Assembly (NCBI GenBank): GCA_041659405.1
Contig: JBAZYK010000012.1
Span: forward strand, 1-32,000
Direction of reading: 5' to 3'
DNA length: 32,000 nucleotides
Origin: Candidatus Altimarinota bacterium
GTDB taxonomy: Bacteria > Patescibacteriota > Gracilibacteria > UBA1369
Positions 1-7,745 of this stretch are shown piece by piece. How positions within the stretch are numbered: position 1 is the stretch's first letter; each line of letters opens with the position of its first letter. The translations under genes and the position numbers were made by a program. Under the pieces are notes generated by a model. It did no database searches. It saw only the letters and a list, made by a program, of their open reading frames with translations, and was not told the origin of the DNA.

Positions 1-1
1 C

Positions 2-49
2 GGCAAGCCGTTCACAGGCTTCAGGGAATTTGTGGGCTTCAAACCGTAA
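2..49 (+). CDS. 3' end of an upstream protein, partial (…GKPFTGFREFVGFKP*)
   Basis: Open frame from the window edge to TAA at 47-49, just before or overlapping the pilus gene. Very short, so weak. Confidence 0.25.
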   Translation, partial: GKPFTGFREFVGFKP

Positions 50-1406
50 TAAGGCCCAATGCCAGAGCTCCGCCACACATAAAAACACATCACTTAAATA
101 CGGTTCCCGCCGCGGCGCATCGCTTTTGATTTCGCTCGGGATTACCACCATCCTCATGCTTATGGCTGTCGGTATTGCCACCACCGTCACATCTTCTATT
201 CGCGATTCGGCCAATTTAAATCGCTCGCGGGAAGCCTATTACGGCGCAGAAGGTGCTTTGGAAGCAGGTCTAATGGCCAACTCCGAAAAAGGTCCAGGAT
301 ACAGTACTAATGGCCAAGTTCCGGTCTATTTCGGGAATTTTAAAACATGTGAATCAAACGATCTGGACTGTTTAGCGAAAGCCCCAAAATATGAAATCAA
401 GGGACAGGTGCAAAAAAAATATTTCTCAGGTGATTACGGCATCCCTACACCCGGAACAGGAACGGTAGGCAAAAACTGCAATCCGTTGAAAGCCCAAATT
501 AAAGATCCACTTTATTTTAATGCAATAGATGGCAAATATTATCCATCACTAGATCTCGACAATAAGTACATTCTGGTTGATCCTCCTGAAGAAAATCCCT
601 GCAACTGGAACAAAATTAAATATGGTGAAAGTGTTTCGATCCCGCTTTATGTAACTGTGGATCAGCAATATATGGAGGCCAACAATTTAACCTGCGACCT
701 GGATCCTTCCAACCCCAAAAAGGATTCATACATTTGCAACCCCAAAGATTTGGGGCTGACTTCTTTGATTATTAGAGTCAGGACGCCATGTGAAAAAGGC
801 GAGGAAATGTGCATTCAAGGCCATAGATATGACTTGAATGACCAAAACCAGGGCGATCTAAAAGTTGGGTACGATGATGCAGTTTTAGACTGGCAGATTC
901 AGGCTTCAGATAAAGGTGGAGGCAAAAGTTATGTGATGGTGCCGTATTATAAGTATAATGATATAACGGCATATGACTCTTCAGATTCAGAAATTTATGA
1001 AAGCCGAATCAATAGTTACCCAAGTAATCAATTAGAAATCAATCAAAATAGCGGTGTTGGAATGGACATTTCTCCGGGTGGCAAACAAAAAGGATCAATT
1101 TACAATTTTTTGACTAATCTAACCCCATGGAATCTTGATGGTGGCATTATCAGAACAGCTCCAACAGATGCCATCAATAAGCCGGTTTTAAAACTCACAG
1201 TTATAAACAAATTAGTTGACTTAAATAATGGTGGAGGTTCGATCCCAAACCTTGAATATCAAATTTTAATAAACACCACAAAAATCAGTCCCGCAGACAG
1301 CTCGCAAACCGTAACGGCCGAAGCTTTTTCAGGTGGCTTTAAGCAGGTACTGGAGTCAAAAACCGCCCAACAGGGAAATCAGATACAATATGTGATTCAA
1401 CAATAA
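30..1406 (+). CDS. PilX-like type IV pilus assembly / prepilin-like protein
   Basis: 458-aa ORF starting at TTG. RRGASLLISLGITTILMLMAVGIA is followed by an SREAYYGAEGALEAG segment typical of PilX N-termini. The exact start is uncertain. Confidence 0.7.
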   Translation: MWASNRNKAQCQSSATHKNTSLKYGSRRGASLLISLGITTILMLMAVGIATTVTSSIRDSANLNRSREAYYGAEGALEAGLMANSEKGPGYSTNGQVPVYFGNFKTCESNDLDCLAKAPKYEIKGQVQKKYFSGDYGIPTPGTGTVGKNCNPLKAQIKDPLYFNAIDGKYYPSLDLDNKYILVDPPEENPCNWNKIKYGESVSIPLYVTVDQQYMEANNLTCDLDPSNPKKDSYICNPKDLGLTSLIIRVRTPCEKGEEMCIQGHRYDLNDQNQGDLKVGYDDAVLDWQIQASDKGGGKSYVMVPYYKYNDITAYDSSDSEIYESRINSYPSNQLEINQNSGVGMDISPGGKQKGSIYNFLTNLTPWNLDGGIIRTAPTDAINKPVLKLTVINKLVDLNNGGGSIPNLEYQILINTTKISPADSSQTVTAEAFSGGFKQVLESKTAQQGNQIQYVIQQ

Positions 1407-1483
1407 TAAATTTGTATCAAACTTCGCCTTTACAAATTTCAAAATTATGGTTATAATTACAACTCTTTTAACCTAATCACCTT

Positions 1484-3643
1484 ATGCGTAAATTAGATGC
1501 TGCCGCTTTAGCTCTAAGTATGAGCTTAGCTGGAAATGGTTGTATTGGTGAAAACACCAGGGGGCATAGTGCGGAAATTGAACATATTGGTGAGCAAACA
1601 CAGGCATTGATTAATAGTTACGGACAGCTTCAAAGTGCGCCTTTTGCTAATCCAAATGCTATTGAAGGTGAGCCGAGTTTTTTGCCAAAAAGTGGAAAAT
1701 ATGATCATAAAATTTTATTCGTTTCAGATCGTTTCTCCGCTCCAAAAAAAGTTGATATATTATCAACAAAATTTGATGGAGTGAGCTACTCCACGCCACA
1801 AGCAGTTCTTGGATTAAATGATCCGGTTATCAATGAACAAAGCCCATTGATATGTGTACCTATAGATGGTTGCCCCACACCAAAAATTTTATTCAATTCA
1901 AACACTGGTGGCCCTACAAAATCAAGAGTTCGTGATTTTATTGAAGGAGATGGCGTAAATCCCGATAGCGCACCTGCAAATACTGAAGTGGTTTTGGGAA
2001 ATAACATTAATACTCTTGGGACGTTCTTTAGGCCCTCGGCCATTCATAACGGCTACATTTACGGTGGTTGGGATCCAAACGTGGACTACAACATTGCCCG
2101 CTTCAAAGTTGCGGAAATGTTAAACAATCCTAAACCGGAATTAATCAAAGGAGCCAGCGATCCCAACCTAGATGAAACGCACATCTCATTTAACGGGGAT
2201 GGTACAGTTTTATTAACCACAGCACCTACCGGAATCAATCAAGGAGAAATCAGTGAATGTGAATTTGATGAGGTCAATATTGCTGTTCAAAATTGCCAGA
2301 AGGTCCCTTCCATGAGTGGAAACCCGGCCACACAAGCAAATGCCTCTCACATTACCGGAACAAATCTTGTAGTTTTAAATGATTCCAACACGCCAAATTT
2401 CAAACCCCAAATCAAAATCGCCACAATCACTTCCCCTAAACCGGACGGTGGTGCACCGGATGGTGGTATTTCAGACGCAGGTGTAGACGCAGGCGCAGAT
2501 TCCGGTGCCCCCGATTCCGGCGCAGATGCAGGCAGTGATGCCGGGGCCCAAGACGGCGGTGTCGACGGTGGTAGCCAAGATGCCGGTGTTGGTGGCGCAG
2601 GTGGTGCAGGTGGCGCAGCTCCGGACGCAGGCCAAGGTGGCCAATCCCCGGACGGTGGTGCGGCTGGCGCAGGTGGAAAAGGCCAAGGTGGAGCTGGTGG
2701 TATCGGCGGCGGCCTCAACACCGGCGGTCATGCCGGCCAAGGCGGTTCTCCAGCTGGAGGCCAAGGCCAAGGCGGCAGCGCGGGCGGCCCCGCAGAAGAC
2801 GGTGGCGCTGGTGGTTCAACCCCGGATTCAGGCACAAAAGACGCCGGTTCAGACGCCGAAACTCCAACTTGTACAAAACTTGAAAACGGTACAATTGTAG
2901 ACAACGCCGCAAATTTAAAACTTTCTTCATGCCAACCGGACGGTTCTTTTGAAGCGGAAGTCCTTGGCCCGGTCACAATCACAACAAAAGACGGAAAAGA
3001 AATTAAAATTTTTGGAATTACAAAAGGTCAAAATAACACTATTAAATTCACTTATCCAAACGGATTCATCCCGGGCGCAGGTATTGTGAATGCCGGCTTT
3101 CTTCAGGAAGAACATGATGATGGCACAGACTGGAATGCGAAGTTTTTAGGTGGATATTTAGGTGCAGATGGAACAGGATGGGTAATTGCCTCCGAGAAAT
3201 CCACTTTTGATAGCGCAGTTAAATTAAACAAAATGACTGCTAAAGAAGCTGAATCATTAGACACAGCACTCAAGACCCTAAACGCTGATACCTCAGCCAA
3301 ATTCGTAGCCATTCATCAATATGATGGTAGCTCAAAATTTTGTTATCCCGGAAGTGACTCCAATCAAAACTGTACAAACGTTCCGGATGATACAAATTTA
3401 TATTTAAAAGTTCAGGGCGGCAAAGTTACAGGCGCCAGTGACAACCCGGATGGTTTTACAACCGTTAAAGTTGATCCGGTAAAAAATGGTGAACCTGAAC
3501 AACCCGGAAGTTGTGGGGCCTGCGAAGTTGGCCCAGGCGCATTCAATTCCGTAGACCATGGCCAAGATTCAACCTATGCAGCATTGGCCGCACTGACAAT
3601 TCTTGGACTTGCAGCTCGCAGAAAAAATAGGGCAACCGCCTAG
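1484..3643 (+). CDS. Large secreted/surface protein with Asp-Ala-Gly and Gly/Ala-rich linker and a MYXO-CTERM-like C-terminal Cys/TM/Arg tail
   Basis: 719-aa ORF. N-terminus is MRKLDAAALALSMSLAGNGC; the linker is DAGVDAGADSGAPDSGADAG…GGAGGAGG; the end is CGACEVGPG…STYAALAALTILGLAARRKNRATA. Confidence 0.8.
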   Translation: MRKLDAAALALSMSLAGNGCIGENTRGHSAEIEHIGEQTQALINSYGQLQSAPFANPNAIEGEPSFLPKSGKYDHKILFVSDRFSAPKKVDILSTKFDGVSYSTPQAVLGLNDPVINEQSPLICVPIDGCPTPKILFNSNTGGPTKSRVRDFIEGDGVNPDSAPANTEVVLGNNINTLGTFFRPSAIHNGYIYGGWDPNVDYNIARFKVAEMLNNPKPELIKGASDPNLDETHISFNGDGTVLLTTAPTGINQGEISECEFDEVNIAVQNCQKVPSMSGNPATQANASHITGTNLVVLNDSNTPNFKPQIKIATITSPKPDGGAPDGGISDAGVDAGADSGAPDSGADAGSDAGAQDGGVDGGSQDAGVGGAGGAGGAAPDAGQGGQSPDGGAAGAGGKGQGGAGGIGGGLNTGGHAGQGGSPAGGQGQGGSAGGPAEDGGAGGSTPDSGTKDAGSDAETPTCTKLENGTIVDNAANLKLSSCQPDGSFEAEVLGPVTITTKDGKEIKIFGITKGQNNTIKFTYPNGFIPGAGIVNAGFLQEEHDDGTDWNAKFLGGYLGADGTGWVIASEKSTFDSAVKLNKMTAKEAESLDTALKTLNADTSAKFVAIHQYDGSSKFCYPGSDSNQNCTNVPDDTNLYLKVQGGKVTGASDNPDGFTTVKVDPVKNGEPEQPGSCGACEVGPGAFNSVDHGQDSTYAALAALTILGLAARRKNRATA

Positions 3644-3692
3644 TAAGTTAAGCCTAAAAAGCTTGGTTTTGATAGCCTAAAACTCCAAAAAA

Positions 3693-3701
3693 TGCTATAA
3701 T
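3693..3701 (+). promoter_or_regulatory. Extended -10 element TGCTATAAT upstream of the cyclase
   Basis: TGnTATAAT, 25 nt before the ATG at 3726, with no strong -35 at standard spacing. Confidence 0.45.
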
Positions 3702-3725
3702 AAAGGGATTTATAGCATTTTTTTA

Positions 3726-5852
3726 ATGCCACTTAAGCAAACCGCCAAACCATTTTGGAAAAATAAAACTTATGCAGCAGTACTTTTTGGTCTTGTTTCG
3801 GCCATTATTTTTGCTTTATTAGCGGCTACTCAAGCTTTTAACCCCTTGCAGCTAAGATTCGCCGATTACCTTTATTCAGAGCGTAAAACTGCAGATATTA
3901 TAATCGTAAAGGTTGATGATAAATCCTTAAGTACAAGTGATGGATTAGGCAATTTTGAAAATTGGAATCGTTCGTACTTTGCAAAAGTATTAAATACAAT
4001 CAATAAATATAATCCAAGCGTTGTAGCTTTCGATTTCCGCTTTAAAGATGCAAAGGATGAAGAAAATGATCAGGTTTTTAAGAAGTCGCTGGAAGGCACT
4101 CTTAAGCCAATAATTATTTTTTATGCTCAGCTCAGTAAGACTGTTAATGGATATTCGGTAGAGGGAAAAGAAAGAAAAACTGCAAAGCCCATAAAATTGT
4201 TTTCCGAAATTAAAAACATAATTACTGCGATCACTAATTTTATTGCAGACCCCGACGCCGTCGCCCGCCGCATTCCTCCATTCATTTTCAATGAAGCCTC
4301 AAACACCTACAACGAAAATCTTTCGCTTGCCATCGCTCGCCGCGTTTTTGGTGACGCTTCAATGCCGCAAGCTCCGGATTTTACGCCTGATCAATATTCA
4401 ATAAATAAAGCTGACGGCAGTAAAATAAACATCCCTCTGGAAGATGGCCAGATGCTGATTAATTACGCTTCCAATCCCGAAAAGACCGGCTATTCAAACG
4501 TCTCTTTTGTTGATGTTTTCAGAGAAAATTTTGGCAACGGGGATCCGCAAAAACTTTTTGAAAATAAAATTGTTTTGATTGGTCCAACTGCACTTTATTT
4601 TAAAGATCAGGTCCCGACTCCAATGAATAAAAAATATTTAATGGATGGCGTGGAAGTGCATGCCAATGCGCTTCAAACCATTTTGGAACAGAAATTTCTT
4701 CGCAATGAAAGCCTCACCGAAAAAGCGATAATCATCATGTTTTTGGCTTTTGGTGGAGCTTTTCTTTTTATGTTTACCAAAATTCGCTGGTCGCTTTTGG
4801 CTCTTGTTGCAACACCAACCGTTTACACACTCGCGGCTCCTTTTGCCTTTCAGCACGGCCTTATTCTTGATTTAATTCATCCGTATCTCACGCCTGTAAC
4901 GGTTTTTGTGGCTGTCTACATGTATCGTTATGTCACTGAATTTAAGGAAAAATTGGCTTTAAAAAGCGCTTTTGGCAAATATGTGAATCCGGAAGTGGTT
5001 AATCAGATTATGGCTCATCCGGAAAAACTTAAACTGGGCGGTGAAAAACGCGCTATAACCGTTATTTTTACCGACATAGTACATTTCACCACTTTGTCCG
5101 AAAACCTTAAACCGGAGAGCCTTGTGGCTCTTTTAAACGAGTATTTTGAGGCCATGTCCGGGGTTATTCTGGCAGAAGGTGGAACTCTTGATAAATTTGA
5201 AGGAGACGCCATTATGGCCTTTTTTGGAGCTCCGCTTGAACAGCCGAATCATGCGCTTAAAGCCTGCACGGTAGCACTGAAAATGCGCCAAAAACTTGGT
5301 CAATTACTGCAAAAATGGCAAACAGACGGCCCACTTCCGGGTGGTGAAAAGAAGCCAATGCTTGATTTCCGCTGTGGAATCAGCTCCGGCGAGGCAATTG
5401 TAGGAAATATTGGATTTTCCGAGCGCTTTGATTACACCATTATCGGCGATACCGTGAACTTGGGTTCAAGGCTTGAAGGAGCCAATAAAAAGTATTCAAC
5501 CAGCATCATGATCAGCGAGCCGGTTATGCTTCTGGTTCAAAATTATTTTGAAATGCGCGAGTTGGACACAATCAAAGTTATGGGCAAGAACAAGCCAATG
5601 AAGGTCTATGAACTTCTGAATTATAAAGGCCAACTTGTGCCACAGGCGCAAACATTGCTTGCACTTTATGGCCAGGGAATCCAGCTTTATCACGAACGCA
5701 AATTCGCCGAAGCTTTGGAACAATTTAAAAAAATCCTGGAAACATACCCAACCGACGGCCCATCAAAATTATACCGCCAGCGTTGTGAGGTACTAAAAGA
5801 TTTCCCTCCAAAACCCGATTGGGATGGAGTATTTGAAATGGGGACTAAATAA
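3726..5852 (+). CDS. CHASE2-domain class III adenylate/guanylate cyclase
   Basis: N-terminal CHASE2-like region (RFADYLYSERKTADIIIVKVDDKSL), three hydrophobic segments, then catalytic motifs VIFTDIVHFTTLSE, LDKFEGDAIMAFFG and DYTIIGDTVNLGSRLEGANK. Confidence 0.93.
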   Translation: MPLKQTAKPFWKNKTYAAVLFGLVSAIIFALLAATQAFNPLQLRFADYLYSERKTADIIIVKVDDKSLSTSDGLGNFENWNRSYFAKVLNTINKYNPSVVAFDFRFKDAKDEENDQVFKKSLEGTLKPIIIFYAQLSKTVNGYSVEGKERKTAKPIKLFSEIKNIITAITNFIADPDAVARRIPPFIFNEASNTYNENLSLAIARRVFGDASMPQAPDFTPDQYSINKADGSKINIPLEDGQMLINYASNPEKTGYSNVSFVDVFRENFGNGDPQKLFENKIVLIGPTALYFKDQVPTPMNKKYLMDGVEVHANALQTILEQKFLRNESLTEKAIIIMFLAFGGAFLFMFTKIRWSLLALVATPTVYTLAAPFAFQHGLILDLIHPYLTPVTVFVAVYMYRYVTEFKEKLALKSAFGKYVNPEVVNQIMAHPEKLKLGGEKRAITVIFTDIVHFTTLSENLKPESLVALLNEYFEAMSGVILAEGGTLDKFEGDAIMAFFGAPLEQPNHALKACTVALKMRQKLGQLLQKWQTDGPLPGGEKKPMLDFRCGISSGEAIVGNIGFSERFDYTIIGDTVNLGSRLEGANKKYSTSIMISEPVMLLVQNYFEMRELDTIKVMGKNKPMKVYELLNYKGQLVPQAQTLLALYGQGIQLYHERKFAEALEQFKKILETYPTDGPSKLYRQRCEVLKDFPPKPDWDGVFEMGTK

Positions 5853-5912
5853 AAACAGCCTGAAGCATAAATTCATTTCACTGCAAAATTGCCAACCCCG
5901 TTTTTACACCAA

Positions 5913-6413
5913 TTATTTTTCAATATTTAGGGTAGGAGAACTCACGTTTCCATAAATACTTCCAGGGCCAACCTCATTTGGATCGTTAACAATTTTTATC
6001 TGTTCTCCATCAGCTTTTTCTGCTTTCCAATAAATTCTTGGCGGAAGAGCTTCAAGCTCTTCAGGAGTAAAATCTTTTTCGACACTGAACTTTCCTGCCT
6101 GTAAATCAACTTCAAACAGTGACTCACTCTCTTCGTTGATTGAATCTGTTGCAAAAGCCTTAAGTACAAATGCTTCAGGATTCGAGGCCTGAATAGAAGC
6201 TTTATTTCCCGCAAAAGCTGTATGAAAATGACGATCCTGCATAGCTTCCATGGCGTCAGCAACGCCTTCATTGGAATTTGTTGAACCAGAAGAGTCAGTT
6301 GCAGTTTGAGCAACAGCATCTTTATGAGCACCGGAATCATGATCCACCTGGCCACCGCAAGCGGCAGCAACAATCACCAAAAGCGGAGCTAAAGCCTGCC
6401 TAAATCTGCCCAT
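5913..6413 (-). CDS. Hypothetical lipoprotein
   Basis: The ORF extends to 6587, but an internal ATG at 6413 gives MGRFRQALAPLLVIVAAACGG, a signal peptide with a lipobox-like AAAC. Confidence 0.6.
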   Translation of the reverse strand: MGRFRQALAPLLVIVAAACGGQVDHDSGAHKDAVAQTATDSSGSTNSNEGVADAMEAMQDRHFHTAFAGNKASIQASNPEAFVLKAFATDSINEESESLFEVDLQAGKFSVEKDFTPEELEALPPRIYWKAEKADGEQIKIVNDPNEVGPGSIYGNVSSPTLNIEK

Positions 6414-6630
6414 AAGTGAGCGCACTTCAGAAGTTCTTGTGGAACCACTTTCAACTCTAGTTCCAACAGGAACAGTTAGACCTGAATCTACTGTTCTACC
6501 CGAATCCGCAGATGATAAAGGTGAATTTCTCATAAAATATTTAAAATCCTCTAACCCAAAAATAACACGAAAAGGGTTGATTTTCAAGCCAAAACAGCTA
6601 TAATTACAAGCCGTTATTTATAAGATATTT

Positions 6631-7737
6631 ATGAGCATTCAAGGACCAGATGGAAACGATCACACTATGGACGAAACCACTGCCCCGGGGACAGTAGTAA
6701 AGGTAACTCCGGATGAAACCCCAATCCCAACTTTTGTTGATGCGGGATCTTCGGATGCCACACCTGCACCGGTTGAAGCAGTAGCAAACCCTGTCGAGAA
6801 TTTACGTAAAGGGCCTTCAGGCGCAAGAACAGCACTGGCAATAATCGCCATTGCTACAAGCACTGCCCTTGCTGGTGGCGGAAGTGGGACGGATGAAAGA
6901 AGAAAGTTCACTCCGGGCCCATCACGCGTTTCTATCCGCCATGGAGCTTCAGGACAAGGTGGAAGCAACGGCCAAGGTGGCGCTGATAATAGCGTTCCCC
7001 CCGAAGAAGAATGCCCAACCCCCGTTAACGCAACACCTCCAAAATTCGTTCAAAAAGGAAAAGAAACAACAGTGGAAGGTGGATACGGAGCGTTATTTTC
7101 CCTTCCTATAGCTCCAGATACTATTATCTTTACATATAATGCCACTCTTGGCGCGAATGCCGCAGCAAAAGGCCAATTAAGACTCATTGATGGCGGAAAA
7201 ATCTGCATTCTTGAAACTGGCAAAAATTCCAAAGAAAATTCAACAGTTGAGGTGAAAGGTGAAGCTTCTGTTTCCATTAGAACCACTGGTAAATATTCCG
7301 TAAGTATTAGCCACAAAGCTCCTCAAAATCCAGGGGAACAACCTCAAATAGAGAGCATTAAAATTAGAGCATTGGAAGGCGAAACCATTATTGAGCAGGA
7401 AGGAAGAGACGAGCTAATTTCATTACGGGCAGGCGATACAGAAGGAAAAATAGCAGGTCAGGAAGCCGAGATTTCACTTGATATTGAAAGATTAAATGAT
7501 GCGATTTTAGGAGGCAATTGCGCTATTATAAGCCAAGGTCCGGGAGTTCCAGACTCACATGGGCAATCCGGTGATTCAAGCGACACAACGGTTTTAATTT
7601 TTGCCTGCACCGTGGGGATAGGCGCTCTAGCTCGTCGCCAAGGGCAAAAAGCAAAGGAAAAAGAATCAAAGGCAAAAGTAAAATCTCCAAAATTACCTGT
7701 GAATCATTTTTCCGGAAAAGGACAAAAACAAGCTTAG
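6631..7737 (+). CDS. Hypothetical exported/membrane-anchored protein with C-terminal TM and basic tail
   Basis: 368-aa ORF. Hydrophobic segment ALAIIAIATSTALAGGG, Gly/Gln-rich GASGQGGSNGQGGAD, C-terminal TTVLIFACTVGIGALARRQGQKAKEK. Confidence 0.6.
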   Translation: MSIQGPDGNDHTMDETTAPGTVVKVTPDETPIPTFVDAGSSDATPAPVEAVANPVENLRKGPSGARTALAIIAIATSTALAGGGSGTDERRKFTPGPSRVSIRHGASGQGGSNGQGGADNSVPPEEECPTPVNATPPKFVQKGKETTVEGGYGALFSLPIAPDTIIFTYNATLGANAAAKGQLRLIDGGKICILETGKNSKENSTVEVKGEASVSIRTTGKYSVSISHKAPQNPGEQPQIESIKIRALEGETIIEQEGRDELISLRAGDTEGKIAGQEAEISLDIERLNDAILGGNCAIISQGPGVPDSHGQSGDSSDTTVLIFACTVGIGALARRQGQKAKEKESKAKVKSPKLPVNHFSGKGQKQA

Positions 7738-7745
7738 AAAACTTT

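Noticed and set aside
2347-2721. Proline/alanine-rich antisense ORF (and similar 2471-2930 ORFs on both strands)
   Set aside because: Shadow frames of the Gly/Ala/Asp-rich linker in the 719-aa protein. The PPAPPAPP composition follows from GGNGCN repeats.
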